Virus record (IMG/VR): IMGVR_UViG_3300027759_000043
Reading direction: 5' to 3' (one strand)
DNA length: 64,000 nucleotides
Source of the DNA: a virus
Taxonomy: Duplodnaviria > Caudoviricetes
Positions 18,325-28,022 of this stretch are shown here, one piece after another (position 1 is the first letter of the stretch; each line of letters starts with the position of its first letter). The notes under the pieces were generated by a model. That model was not told the origin of the DNA. It was given only the letters and a program-made list of their open reading frames with translations, and searched no databases. The position numbers and the translations under genes were made by a program.

Positions 18325-19332
18325 ATGAATGTCACAATACCCATAGAAGTCAGCGGCGATATATGGTACAACGAAATAGAAGTACGACAACAGTTAAGAG
18401 AATTGCCCAGCGACGCCAAAATCACATTAGATTTATGCAGTGAAGGGCCCAGTCTACATCGCCTGGGCATAATGTCTGTAGTAGATGATTGGTTGACCCA
18501 ACACAACTTGCCGCCCAATGCTGTTACAATCACACGATGGAGCAACGGCGGAGAATCTGTTGGTTATAAAAAATCCAGATGTAGTTATCCTAGTCATTTT
18601 TGGCATTATGCAAGAAACTATCAACTGCCACCTGAACAAAATTTCAGCGGAGTAAAGGAATATTTGTTTGGCTTGTTTTTGGGACGAGCCACAGTTCATC
18701 GTAATGTAATTTTATATCAAGTTCAACAACAATGGACCAATCAATTTTTGATCAGTCGACTCACCGCACTTACTCCTGAAGGTACTCCAGTGCCTGAGCC
18801 CTGGAACATACGTAACTTTAAAGGCTGGCGCTTGCTAGAGACACTAGCAGATTGGGCACCAGACAATCAGCAGAATATTATTGATTGGTTTGCCACACAA
18901 AAATTCTTAAGCCTGGATGGTAGAACTGTTCGAGATCAATATGGGGATCCGGGCAATCATTTGGTACATAACCGAAGTATGTTAGAACATTATCATAAGT
19001 TTAATATAGAACTTGTGTGTGAAAGTTATACTCTAGGACAGACATTTTTCCCCACAGAAAAAACAGCAAGGCCTATTGCAGGAACACGGCCTTGGATCAT
19101 CTACGCCGCACCAGGATATATTCAACAATTGAAACGCATGGGCTTTTGCAGTTTTGATTCTATATGGGATGAATCTTACGATCAATTGGAAGGGCCTGCT
19201 AGATGGACAGCAATGAAAACAGTTATTCAGCAACTGATTGAGTTGGATAACAACGCACTAAATTCAGTATTAGAACAAGCACATGCAATTGCTTTGCAAA
19301 ATCGTCTGCATTTTGAAGTTTTATTCCCATGA
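18325..19332 (+). CDS. Glycosyltransferase-like phage protein
   Basis: C-terminal IELVCES...FPTEKTARPI...PWIIY...LKRMGF.SF..IWDESYD pattern. Confidence 0.55.
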   Translation: MNVTIPIEVSGDIWYNEIEVRQQLRELPSDAKITLDLCSEGPSLHRLGIMSVVDDWLTQHNLPPNAVTITRWSNGGESVGYKKSRCSYPSHFWHYARNYQLPPEQNFSGVKEYLFGLFLGRATVHRNVILYQVQQQWTNQFLISRLTALTPEGTPVPEPWNIRNFKGWRLLETLADWAPDNQQNIIDWFATQKFLSLDGRTVRDQYGDPGNHLVHNRSMLEHYHKFNIELVCESYTLGQTFFPTEKTARPIAGTRPWIIYAAPGYIQQLKRMGFCSFDSIWDESYDQLEGPARWTAMKTVIQQLIELDNNALNSVLEQAHAIALQNRLHFEVLFP

Positions 19333-20318
19333 TAATCAAAACATTTGATCAAGGATGGGGACAACAATATCCTCTCAAACAATATGAACAAGAGATTGTT
19401 GCCAGTCTCATAATACCATTTGCAGAGAGCAGCCAACGAATAGTTATGATCAACAGCGTTTGGTACACTAACGAAATGCACGAACAAGTAATCTCCTGGT
19501 TACGCAATAACACCTGGGATCAAATAGTACTTGTGGCTATGTTGGATGCCGCTATTCCCTATCCTGATCGATACGCAGAGTTTGGCCGACCGGTAACAGG
19601 TATTGGTTACTACCCAGGGGCAGGACAAGTGGACTTTTGTGCTTTGTTTGTTGATCATTTTTTACACGCACCTGATCAACCACTACTGCTAGAGGCTGGC
19701 ACAATTGACACAGCCTACATGTGCTTGAATCGAAAACCGCACTGGCACAGAAGACGACTGTTCAATAGACTGGATACCTTGGGAATTGTGAGCAAGGGTA
19801 TTGTGAGCATGGGTGGCGAGGGTCAGGCTGTGGTGACTTTAATACAGGATAGAGAACATGATACTCTTGCACCCAATGCCACACGAAATCACTATGGTGT
19901 TCCCAACGACATTGTGAGTCTTGGACATCTAGGAAACTGGCGCAGACATTTGGTCAACGTGGTTACTGAAACGTTTTATGATATTAATCAAACCGGTTTT
20001 GTGAGTGAAAAAATCTACAAACCCATTGTGGGTTGCAGACCTTTTTTGATTTATGATCCTGATGGCGGCACACGTTGGTTACATGATCGTGGATTTGAAA
20101 CCTACACACAGGACTTTCAAGATATTTCAGATCTGGATCTTGCAGAACCACATAACCTTCCTGAATTTCTAAAGGTACTATGTGGGCAAACTCCTGCATA
20201 CTGGCAAAAGAAATTTGTTGACTTACAGGAAAAAATCCTATACAATAAGGATCATTTTGCTGATTATGTTAGTCAGCAACAATCTATAGTTAAACAAGGA
20301 ATATCATGCCCCATTTAG
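19329..20318 (+). CDS. Glycosyltransferase-like phage protein (paralogue of upstream gene)
   Basis: [10 protein letters not shown]; VNVVTET...VSEKIYKPI...PFLIY....GFETY. Confidence 0.55.
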   Translation: MIIKTFDQGWGQQYPLKQYEQEIVASLIIPFAESSQRIVMINSVWYTNEMHEQVISWLRNNTWDQIVLVAMLDAAIPYPDRYAEFGRPVTGIGYYPGAGQVDFCALFVDHFLHAPDQPLLLEAGTIDTAYMCLNRKPHWHRRRLFNRLDTLGIVSKGIVSMGGEGQAVVTLIQDREHDTLAPNATRNHYGVPNDIVSLGHLGNWRRHLVNVVTETFYDINQTGFVSEKIYKPIVGCRPFLIYDPDGGTRWLHDRGFETYTQDFQDISDLDLAEPHNLPEFLKVLCGQTPAYWQKKFVDLQEKILYNKDHFADYVSQQQSIVKQGISCPI

Positions 20319-20899
20319 TACCTATTGTGCTTGAACAAACCGCCAAAGGCGAACGCAGTTATGACATCTACAGTCGCCTGTTAAAAGACCGTGTGATCAT
20401 GCTGGACACAGAAGTTAGTGAACACACGGCCAGTTTGTTGGTAGCACAGATGTTGTTCTTGGAATCAGAAAATCCTGACAAAGATATCTCCCTGTACATT
20501 AACTCACCAGGCGGAAGTGTCACAGCAGGCATGGCAATTTATGACACCATGCAGTTTATCCGGTGTGATGTGCAGACCATTGTGATGGGGCAAGCCTGCT
20601 CCATGGGATCACTATTGGCCATGGCCGGTGCCGCAGGCAAGCGCATGATCCTGCCCAATGCTCGACACATGATTCATCAACCCTCGGGTGGCGCACATGG
20701 ACAAGCCACAGACATTCAAATTCAAGCAAGAGAAATCCAAAAAATGAAAGAGTATCTAACTAACATCTATGTCCGGCACAATACCGCAGGAAAAAGTTAC
20801 CAAGAACTAAGCGCAGATATGGAACGTGATTTCTTTATGTCAGCACAAGAGGCTGTGGACTATGGCCTAGCCGACAAGATCATTAACAAAAGGATATAA
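20306..20899 (+). CDS. clpP: ATP-dependent Clp protease proteolytic subunit
   Basis: [42 protein letters not shown]. Confidence 0.95.
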   Translation: MPHLVPIVLEQTAKGERSYDIYSRLLKDRVIMLDTEVSEHTASLLVAQMLFLESENPDKDISLYINSPGGSVTAGMAIYDTMQFIRCDVQTIVMGQACSMGSLLAMAGAAGKRMILPNARHMIHQPSGGAHGQATDIQIQAREIQKMKEYLTNIYVRHNTAGKSYQELSADMERDFFMSAQEAVDYGLADKIINKRI

Positions 20900-20901
20900 T
20901 A

Positions 20902-22017
20902 TTGTTCTTTACTCTATCTCTTGATAAAGATTTAAGATTACCTAATCACGCAATCATTGGCAATTGGTGTTTCAGTTACGATGATGGGTGGGCTAAAACA
21001 AGCAATGGATGGTTTAAAGGTTACAACCAACCCAAAATTAATCATGGCAACTATGTTGAGATCGTAAAAGATAAATCAGATATCAGTATTGTTCATGACC
21101 AGTATCGCTCTTTTCCACTGTGGTGGAATGAATCCACTGTTACACTTACAAATTTACTAGGCAATGGAAAAGTTATATGCGCTGATGACCTGGTGATGTT
21201 GACTCCTGATCACAACATCAAATATGCCAAACAAGATGTCATTGGTGCAATTTCTGAAAATACTATATCTTTAGATCAAGCAGTAGAAAAAATAGAACAA
21301 AATCTTTTAAGTAAAACAATAGATTTAGCCATAAGTTATAGTTCTTTACCAAAAAAATTGTTTGTGTCGGGTGGTGTAGATACCTTGCTGTTGTATGCGT
21401 TGATCAAACAACAAGATTTGCCGGTTGATGTAATTAACTATGAACACATAGAATATGATTGGTTTTTAAACAATAATTTCAAAGAAATTAAATCCCAACA
21501 TTGGACCTACAATCAAATACATCATTGGAAAGACAAGACCATGCTGATAACAGGTTCTTGCGGCGATGAATATTTATTTCGAGGTCCAAACACAATTGCA
21601 TTATGGGCGGCCTGGCACGACATTGACATTGAAAAATACATCAAGAAACACAATTATTATCATACAAATTATTTTTTAAAAGAAAAAAATATCAGTGTGT
21701 TTCAAAAGTTTTACAAAAATAAAAAACAAATACAAGAACAGTTTGTTACAAAGGTTGATCTAGTGCAACAAATACTTGATATTCTCGTCAATGACCATCA
21801 ACACTGGCACATCGGTAATACTCTTACCTGGACTCCGTTTAAAGATTTGGAACTAATTAAAATTGTTTTGCAACTGTCAGTTGATGACTTAATGAAACAA
21901 ATATTAGATGCCAAAATCAATAAAATGATAATGGAAAGGTTGTACCCCCAAAGTTTAATTTATCTTAGCAATTCAAAAAATCATAAACCAAGAGAAAATT
22001 TGCATCTGTTAAAATAA
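20902..22017 (+). CDS. Asparagine synthetase-like (adenylation domain) protein
   Basis: D.YRSFPLWW, FVSGGVDT PP-loop, TGSCGDEYL; no N-terminal Cys. Confidence 0.7.
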   Translation: MFFTLSLDKDLRLPNHAIIGNWCFSYDDGWAKTSNGWFKGYNQPKINHGNYVEIVKDKSDISIVHDQYRSFPLWWNESTVTLTNLLGNGKVICADDLVMLTPDHNIKYAKQDVIGAISENTISLDQAVEKIEQNLLSKTIDLAISYSSLPKKLFVSGGVDTLLLYALIKQQDLPVDVINYEHIEYDWFLNNNFKEIKSQHWTYNQIHHWKDKTMLITGSCGDEYLFRGPNTIALWAAWHDIDIEKYIKKHNYYHTNYFLKEKNISVFQKFYKNKKQIQEQFVTKVDLVQQILDILVNDHQHWHIGNTLTWTPFKDLELIKIVLQLSVDDLMKQILDAKINKMIMERLYPQSLIYLSNSKNHKPRENLHLLK

Positions 22018-22082
22018 GTTAAGGATGTACTTCCCAGCCTTCACGTGCCCAACGAAACAATGTTACGAGAGCGTCGATCATG

Positions 22083-22178
22083 TTAGTACATTCCGTGGCC
22101 GCGACGCTTGGACATCTGGTAGCGATGCTCGCCTACAACTTCAAGAAAATACCAAATTGCGTTTAGAACTTTTTTCAT
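22083..22178 (-). CDS. Small peptide (31 aa; not in track)
   Basis: ATGA overlap with upstream ORF; MKKVLNAIWYFLEVVGEHRYQMSKRRGHGMY. Confidence 0.4.
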   Translation of the reverse strand: MKKVLNAIWYFLEVVGEHRYQMSKRRGHGMY

Positions 22179-22345
22179 ACAAAATTTCTTTCATGATTTT
22201 TATCGTACTGGCGTGACCAGTACTCTACGTCTGATGCACTGGTTATGCATTTGGTGCTTAAATACTGTTCCAAGCGAGATTGGTAATTTTGCTTGGGGAA
22301 CATCTCAGCAAGACGTTCTACTAATTGAATAAACATTTGTGACAT
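22175..22345 (-). CDS. Small protein, DUF3563-like (56 aa; not in track)
   Basis: TAAATA and AAGGAG upstream; RLEQYL.....SASDVEYWSRQYD. Confidence 0.6.
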   Translation of the reverse strand: MSQMFIQLVERLAEMFPKQNYQSRLEQYLSTKCITSASDVEYWSRQYDKNHERNFV

Positions 22346-22408
22346 TTATTTTTCTCCTTCTCAGTATTTACCACAAGTGACTAGTGGTTTCTACTAATAT
22401 AATCAAGA

Positions 22409-22464
22409 TTAGTACTCAAGTACTAATTTTGGGGTTTGACCAAAAAATTCTGATCTGTTAAAAT
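22409..22464 (+). promoter_or_regulatory. Palindrome plus sigma70 promoter
   Basis: TTAGTACT-CA-AGTACTAA (22409-22426), 9 nt, TTGACC-17-TAAAAT. Confidence 0.75.
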
Positions 22465-22495
22465 GCAGTACAAGATTAAACTTTTGGAGAAAATT

Positions 22496-23686
22496 TTGTC
22501 TAAATTTTGGTGTTTATTAATTTGCCTAGCACTTGCGGCCTGCGGCGGAGGTGGAGGAGGGGGCAGTAGCGATTCTTCTAGTACTCCAGCCACCGGTAAT
22601 TCGGTTAATTTTGTTCGTACAGTAACACCTAACGACAATGTGGTCAAGAATTTAGCAGTAGGTGACCTAAACGGTGATGGTTTAGATGATGTGGTCATTG
22701 GCGGCTGGAACGGCACAGGTACTGCTTATCTTTATGTACTAATACAAAATGCCAATGGCACACTAACAGACAAAACTTTGCAACTGTTGAGCAACAATGT
22801 CTATGGGGGTAGTCAGCACATATTCATTGAAGATTTTGATAATGATGGCTACAAAGATATTTTCCTCCCAGGGTTTGATGACTGTTCAAGTTGTCTAACC
22901 AAAAGCATAGTATACTGGGGTTCAGCCGCGGGCACATTTACCAAACAAACATTACCCGATCAGATATCTGCACACGGAGCCTGCGTGGCCGACGTTAACA
23001 ACGACGGCACCTTGGATGTGTTAGTGTCAGGATATCAAACTGGTGGACTCTATGTAAATCAAGGTTCTAGATCTTTTGTGCTCAACAAGACGTTGTTGGT
23101 CAATAACGCATTTAGCACCTGTAGTGTGATCCGCGACGGCACCAGTGGAAATATTGCTGTGCTACTGGGCAACAATAACCAAGTGTTAGGCCATCCTTCC
23201 AATATCAATGTATACGATAGCAATCTAAATCTGCTAAGTCAACAAGGGGTGTCTGGGCAAGATGCCACGGCTTTTGATCTTGTGATGAGTACCACAGCAG
23301 ATGTCAATGGCGATGGCTACAAAGATTTAATATTGGTATTTAATCCATTGGCACCAAGTTCTCCGGGGAGGAAGGAAATATGGTTGAATTCAGGCAACAA
23401 TACTTGGAGTTACAGCACAACAGTTGATTCGATTTATCACAATCAATATGACATAACATACGTGGCCAATGGATCCAATTACTTGTATTATTTTTCCGGC
23501 GCCTGGAATGGGTCCGGTTTGTATCGCTTGGTCAACGGTGCGTTTGAAACATACAAACATACCAGTTTTACATCAATGCTCAACAGTATTGGTGCCAGCA
23601 TTGATATTGGCACCATTTACCAGGGCAACGGAACAGTTTACATGATGCAGATGGTTGGCGGATCCATATATACACGAGCACTTTGA
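22496..23686 (+). CDS. FG-GAP/VCBS-repeat lipoprotein; start revised to TTG 22496 because the track ATG overlaps the -10 box
   Basis: GGAGA RBS; [13 protein letters not shown] lipobox; repeated D.NGDG..D motifs. Confidence 0.8.
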   Translation: MSKFWCLLICLALAACGGGGGGGSSDSSSTPATGNSVNFVRTVTPNDNVVKNLAVGDLNGDGLDDVVIGGWNGTGTAYLYVLIQNANGTLTDKTLQLLSNNVYGGSQHIFIEDFDNDGYKDIFLPGFDDCSSCLTKSIVYWGSAAGTFTKQTLPDQISAHGACVADVNNDGTLDVLVSGYQTGGLYVNQGSRSFVLNKTLLVNNAFSTCSVIRDGTSGNIAVLLGNNNQVLGHPSNINVYDSNLNLLSQQGVSGQDATAFDLVMSTTADVNGDGYKDLILVFNPLAPSSPGRKEIWLNSGNNTWSYSTTVDSIYHNQYDITYVANGSNYLYYFSGAWNGSGLYRLVNGAFETYKHTSFTSMLNSIGASIDIGTIYQGNGTVYMMQMVGGSIYTRAL

Positions 23687-23711
23687 CTGTGACACAAACA
23701 TGTGTTATAAT
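23683..23711 (+). promoter_or_regulatory. sigma70-type early promoter
   Basis: TTGACT-17 nt-TATAAT. Confidence 0.8.
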
Positions 23712-23739
23712 GCACTATCGGTTTAACAAAGGAATTGAC

Positions 23740-23964
23740 ATGAACAATTGGGACAAAGGAAATTTAGATTTTATCTTGAACAGTTCGGACGCAGATATGG
23801 AGGACTTTTTATCCTGGGCATCTGATGAAGATCTAAGATATGCACTAGAATTGATTCATGCGGCTAAATCTGAATTGGCTGTGCAAGAAATAGAACTACT
23901 AGAAGCAGATGCTGATGAGGACTTGTCACAAGCGCAGGCAGTGCTAGAACGATTCCGTTTGTGA
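23740..23964 (+). CDS. Small acidic hypothetical protein
   Basis: AAAGGA RBS before ATG 23740. Confidence 0.65.
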   Translation: MNNWDKGNLDFILNSSDADMEDFLSWASDEDLRYALELIHAAKSELAVQEIELLEADADEDLSQAQAVLERFRL

Positions 23965-25034
23965 AAATACGACTGATTGGTAAACGCAACAACTTGGGTA
24001 TTGGTACCCATTTTGCCAATTTTGCAGACGCACTGCGGCGTGTGAGCCATTGGGGTGCCTGTGTTGAAGAGTTTGACTGTGAAGATCCGCAGAGACTAGA
24101 AGCAGAAGCCAAACTTAGCAAGCCAGGTGATATCAACATCTGTTTTGTGAGCATACCCCTACAAGATCATTTCAAAGGCACCAACATTCAATGGGTGGTG
24201 TTTGAAAGTACTAGAGTACCGCCCACAGTAATGAGTACCATGCTCACAGCGGATCAAGTTTGGGTTCCTAGTGAATGGGGCAGATCAGTGCTGGTTGCTA
24301 ATGGCCTGGATCCTGCACGTTGTGAGGTAGTGCCAGAAGGAGTGGACACAGATCAATACCACCCTTATGCACCTCGAGTCGACAATCCAATTCTAACTTA
24401 TTTGATCACTGGCAAGTACGAACTAAGAAAAAGTATCATTGAAACAGTGTATGCCTGGGCACAAGAGTTCGGCAACGATCCCGAGGTTGAACTTGTGGTC
24501 AAAACCAATCACTTTATGAATCAAGAAGACAAGTACAACGAAATCACCAGGTGGCTTGGACAGATGGGTCTGACCAATGTGCGTGTGATGTGGGGATCTA
24601 TCACAGCCAACGACATGGCTGACCTGTACCAACAAAGTCACATATTTGTTTTGCCTTCTAAAGGTGAAGGTTGGGGCCTGCCGCTAATTGAAGCCGCGGC
24701 AGTGGGCTTGCCTATTATCACCACTTGGTACAGTGCTCATACAGAATTTTTACAACACATTCAATCCAGTGTGATCTCAGTGGCGTTTGACATGATTCCG
24801 GTGAACTGTCAAGAATATCAGTTCTTTTATCCTGCACCGGACGGTGACTGGGGCAAATGGGCTCAACCTAGCATTGACAGCCTCAGGCAAGCACTAAGAG
24901 AAGCCCGCAAGAATTATGAGCATCTGCATCAAGAAGCCGTTATAAACAGCCACATTATACGTAAGGATTTTTCCTGGGCACAAAGTGCAGATCGTGCCCT
25001 GCAAATCTTGCAAAAACACGGTTTTCTAAAGTAA
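23961..25034 (+). CDS. GT4-type glycosyltransferase
   Basis: VVPEGVD, RKSI, FVLPSKGEGWGLPLIEAAAVGLPII. Confidence 0.85.
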   Translation: MKIRLIGKRNNLGIGTHFANFADALRRVSHWGACVEEFDCEDPQRLEAEAKLSKPGDINICFVSIPLQDHFKGTNIQWVVFESTRVPPTVMSTMLTADQVWVPSEWGRSVLVANGLDPARCEVVPEGVDTDQYHPYAPRVDNPILTYLITGKYELRKSIIETVYAWAQEFGNDPEVELVVKTNHFMNQEDKYNEITRWLGQMGLTNVRVMWGSITANDMADLYQQSHIFVLPSKGEGWGLPLIEAAAVGLPIITTWYSAHTEFLQHIQSSVISVAFDMIPVNCQEYQFFYPAPDGDWGKWAQPSIDSLRQALREARKNYEHLHQEAVINSHIIRKDFSWAQSADRALQILQKHGFLK

Positions 25035-25116
25035 TACTAGAGTACTACTTTTTGATCGGTTGACCAATAATTGCCCATTTGCTATAATATACGCATAGAC
25101 AGCAAAAAGGAGCCCA
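25031..25116 (+). promoter_or_regulatory. Palindrome plus sigma70 promoter/RBS cassette
   Basis: GTAATACT-AG-AGTACTAC, 11 nt, TTGACC-17-TATAAT...AAGGAG; identical to the 38469-38527 copy from the -35 region onward. Confidence 0.85.
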
Positions 25117-25117
25117 A

Positions 25118-25369
25118 ATGCGACACGTATCAGGTTTTAGTAATAGCACAAAAATTCGCTATATCGTTAACGGTTTTGGCATGTACGGAACTGTAAACGA
25201 CATCTATACAAAAACAGCCACAGTCACGCATGGCAAAGCACTGCGCCTTGCAATACAAAAATTGGCTTACGATCGCAGACACAGTAGTTTCTCAGGTGAA
25301 GGTCGTCCGGTGGGTGTTGGTATCACCTACGAAGGCATTGACGTTCAAATCACATTAATGGCCAACTAA
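25118..25369 (+). CDS. Hypothetical early protein
   Basis: Promoter and RBS directly upstream. Confidence 0.7.
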   Translation: MRHVSGFSNSTKIRYIVNGFGMYGTVNDIYTKTATVTHGKALRLAIQKLAYDRRHSSFSGEGRPVGVGITYEGIDVQITLMAN

Positions 25370-25374
25370 TTTGG

Positions 25375-25403
25375 TTGACCAATATTTCCCAATTTGCTAT
25401 AAT
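25375..25403 (+). promoter_or_regulatory. sigma70-type early promoter
   Basis: TTGACC-17 nt-TATAAT. Confidence 0.8.
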
Positions 25404-25434
25404 ATGCACATAGTTTGAAATAAAGGAGCCCCAG

Positions 25435-25719
25435 ATGAGTCATAGTTATTATGTTGTTAGTAAAGGTTCGGGTGTTATTGTCAACGACGGCCCGAACAAA
25501 AATCGTGCATACAAAACTTTTGGCGCGGCAATGGCTACCCGTACTCGTCTTTGCCGCAAAGGTGGTTGGAACATTAGCGAACTTAGCATTATTGCTACTA
25601 GCCACTACCGACCACGCATGGTCACCCGCACTAACTTAATGACCGGACAAGAATTTGAGGAAGATGTTAACACCCCAAATTGTTGCTCACCCTCATCAGA
25701 AACTTTTTGGAGCATGTGA
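25435..25719 (+). CDS. Hypothetical early protein
   Basis: AAGGAG RBS; C-terminal CCSPSSETFWSM. Confidence 0.7.
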   Translation: MSHSYYVVSKGSGVIVNDGPNKNRAYKTFGAAMATRTRLCRKGGWNISELSIIATSHYRPRMVTRTNLMTGQEFEEDVNTPNCCSPSSETFWSM

Positions 25720-25837
25720 TGAGTGAGCCAGTTTGGATTATTAGTTGGACACAGAATTATCCCAACTGGGAACCTGTTGAATTACCTATTACCAACTTTG
25801 CACAAGCCCGCGAAGTGTTAGCAAGGATCATGTCCTT

Positions 25838-26188
25838 ATGAAATGGTTTGCAGAAACAACTGTATTTGCAGGCGCACTCTCGCCCAATCATGTTTACCTG
25901 CTGGACGACAGCAAGAGTAAAATGTTTGCCTACAAGCCTTTTGGGCAGGGCAAGATTCAAATTTTTAAAAACCCCATACGCATCGACGTTCGCGGACGCA
26001 AGTTCCAAGTCAATGACGTGCAATTTAAAACTTCAGTAGAACCCGAAGTCCCTGAAGGACGTGTGATTGAAGTTAAGGGTAGCAAAGGTGACGTATACAA
26101 AGTAATCGAACTCAATGGCAACTATTCTTGTACTTGCTCAGGATTTAAGTTCCGCGGCGACTGTAAACACATCAAGAGCGTGGCATGA
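25838..26188 (+). CDS. SWIM zinc-finger protein
   Basis: GSKGDVY.V.......CTCSGF..R..CKHI. Confidence 0.8.
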   Translation: MKWFAETTVFAGALSPNHVYLLDDSKSKMFAYKPFGQGKIQIFKNPIRIDVRGRKFQVNDVQFKTSVEPEVPEGRVIEVKGSKGDVYKVIELNGNYSCTCSGFKFRGDCKHIKSVA

Positions 26189-26430
26189 AGTTTCCTTTTA
26201 AGAATTCGCCAGAGTGGTTTACCAACTACGTGACTGAAACTTATGTGGACGAGTTCCACCAAAAAGTAAAAGATGTCAACTGGGACCAAACAGATCGCAT
26301 TGCATTGTTAGATGCGGCTGTGGAGTTCTTTACCGAAAAAGGTTTTAGGGTTTACTGCTACAATAGAGAACTTTGGTTTGACTTGGACGAGACCCAAGAA
26401 ACCACAATGCTGGCCCTACAGTGGTCCTAA
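26185..26430 (+). CDS. Small protein, probable member of the F.F...A..F.L.W family
   Basis: Ends LWFDLDETQETTMLALQWS. Confidence 0.6.
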   Translation: MKFPFKNSPEWFTNYVTETYVDEFHQKVKDVNWDQTDRIALLDAAVEFFTEKGFRVYCYNRELWFDLDETQETTMLALQWS

Positions 26431-26431
26431 C

Positions 26432-26863
26432 TTACTTGTAAATGTAGTTGATGGTATCTGAATTTTCTCTATAGACGCCGGCACCATTCTTTAAATGAAA
26501 GCGTCGAGCCATTTCTGTTTTAGGGCTCAAAGTCACATAGGTTTGAATTTCAGGAAACTCTGACTTGATCGATTTCTGTGTTTCCACAATCAACTCACGC
26601 CCTGCCCCTGCGGTATAACTCCAAATAGTGTAAAATACTGCGGTAGTAGCACTACCCACCAACTCGGCCAGGTCGTCTACTGCGGCTGGAATGGCTTGCA
26701 AGAACTTAACACAGGTCACTGCTTGGGTTTGATCCCCATCCTTCAACATGTAGATTCTGCTGTTCTCGTTTACCCGTTTGGTCATGGGAATTTCGGGACG
26801 TACAGGGTCATCCTTGATCAGGGTTTCTAAGTCTTCAGTAATGGTGGTAATGGTGTGTAACAT
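26432..26863 (-). CDS. GNAT-fold protein resembling the malonyl-CoA decarboxylase catalytic domain
   Basis: TAVFYTIWSY..GAGRELI......EFPEIQTYVTLSP recalls MCD AIFYSIS..G.GN.LI....E.P....F.TLSP. Confidence 0.55.
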   Translation of the reverse strand: MLHTITTITEDLETLIKDDPVRPEIPMTKRVNENSRIYMLKDGDQTQAVTCVKFLQAIPAAVDDLAELVGSATTAVFYTIWSYTAGAGRELIVETQKSIKSEFPEIQTYVTLSPKTEMARRFHLKNGAGVYRENSDTINYIYK

Positions 26864-26892
26864 AATCTACGCCGTTAATGTTTATGCAAAGG

Positions 26893-26927
26893 TATTTATC
26901 ACAACCTTTGTTACACTAAAATTACAG
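26893..26927 (-). promoter_or_regulatory. Pho box plus TAAATA motif (minus strand)
   Basis: Minus strand CTGTAAT-TTTA-GTGTAAC, then 11 nt, then TAAATA. Confidence 0.7.
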
Positions 26928-26931
26928 AAGT

Positions 26932-27264
26932 TTAGGTGTGGAGTTCTCGGTATCGAGCCATGGCTCTTGCTCGAGCCACTGCCAGTCTCACAGTCACGTA
27001 ATCCGAGACCTCGTCATCCACCGGGTCGGTTGGTGGTGTGACCTTGGGCCTGCGTGTGCTACTGCTACACAGAAAATCATCATCCGGTGCATCATAAGGA
27101 TCGGTACCTTGCAACCGAATGGCAGTGAATCTGTGAGGATTACTGCGCAAAAGTTTGATTCTTGGCACTCGCGGACGGGCTGAATGATCGGTGCTCACGT
27201 GAACAGGCACCTGGGCCCAAGCGGTGACGGATACCATGGCGACAATGATCAAGATTTGTTTCAT
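26932..27264 (-). CDS. Secreted hypothetical protein
   Basis: Signal peptide MKQILIIVAMVSVTAWAQ. Confidence 0.6.
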   Translation of the reverse strand: MKQILIIVAMVSVTAWAQVPVHVSTDHSARPRVPRIKLLRSNPHRFTAIRLQGTDPYDAPDDDFLCSSSTRRPKVTPPTDPVDDEVSDYVTVRLAVARARAMARYRELHT

Positions 27265-27299
27265 GTATATATAACGCCTTGACCCTGGTTTACGCTGAC

Positions 27300-27324
27300 A
27301 AAAAAAGGCTCCGAAGAGCCTTTT
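27300..27324. terminator. Bidirectional-type terminator
   Basis: A7-GGCTC-CGAA-GAGCC-T4. Confidence 0.8.
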
Positions 27325-27344
27325 AAGTAAACTTCCTATACCTT

Positions 27345-27878
27345 TTACATTCCTGTATCTGGCGGAAGTTGTTGGGATTTTTTATCCAGATCACCAAAGT
27401 CGTAGTGACCAACACCCCATATTAGAACCGCTGATACAATATAAAACAATGTTGCTAAAATATCATGTCCTGCGGCATTCAACGCATTTCCGATAGTACC
27501 ACCTGTTAGTAAATCTGTAAAACCAACCAATGGGATAATATTAAAAAGACCGGTTAATACCTTAGTCTTTAAACTAGAGCCTGTCCCAAAAAATGTGCCT
27601 GCTTCTTCAGCAACCGGTTGTCCACCTTTTGCAAGTGGTGCTAAATCTTGTTGTGTGATACCAATAGCCGACATAAACTTATTCTTATCACCACCTGATT
27701 GGTCATATGCTTGTTTCAACCCTTGCATTGTTTGTGGGTCTAACTTTCCCATCAATGCATTGGCTGCTTTTTTGATATAAGGATTTAACATATCCATAAT
27801 ACCTTCATCAAGTTGAACTCGGGGTTGTTCTGCTTCCTTGATAATGTCAATATAGTTTCTTAAAAAATCTGTGCTCAT
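27345..27878 (-). CDS. Hypothetical protein with capsid-targeting-like N-terminus and hydrophobic C-terminus
   Basis: MSTDFLRNYIDIIKEAE; TAAATA upstream on minus strand. Confidence 0.65.
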   Translation of the reverse strand: MSTDFLRNYIDIIKEAEQPRVQLDEGIMDMLNPYIKKAANALMGKLDPQTMQGLKQAYDQSGGDKNKFMSAIGITQQDLAPLAKGGQPVAEEAGTFFGTGSSLKTKVLTGLFNIIPLVGFTDLLTGGTIGNALNAAGHDILATLFYIVSAVLIWGVGHYDFGDLDKKSQQLPPDTGM

Positions 27879-27946
27879 AACATCTCCAAATGATTACTTT
27901 TATTTACCTTATGTGCAAGTTTAGGCAAATGTCTTGTCAAAAACGC

Positions 27947-27975
27947 TTGATCTTATCAGCAAGATGCCTTATACT
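27947..27975 (+). promoter_or_regulatory. sigma70-type early promoter
   Basis: TTGATC-17 nt-TATACT. Confidence 0.65.
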
Positions 27976-28022
27976 TGTTGAATGCTGTACGCAACGGCTA
28001 TTTTACATGAAAGGTAATTTAT

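Noticed and set aside
24204-24222. AGTACT-AG-AGTACC partial palindrome
   Set aside because: It lies inside the glycosyltransferase CDS, is an incomplete match and has no adjacent promoter.
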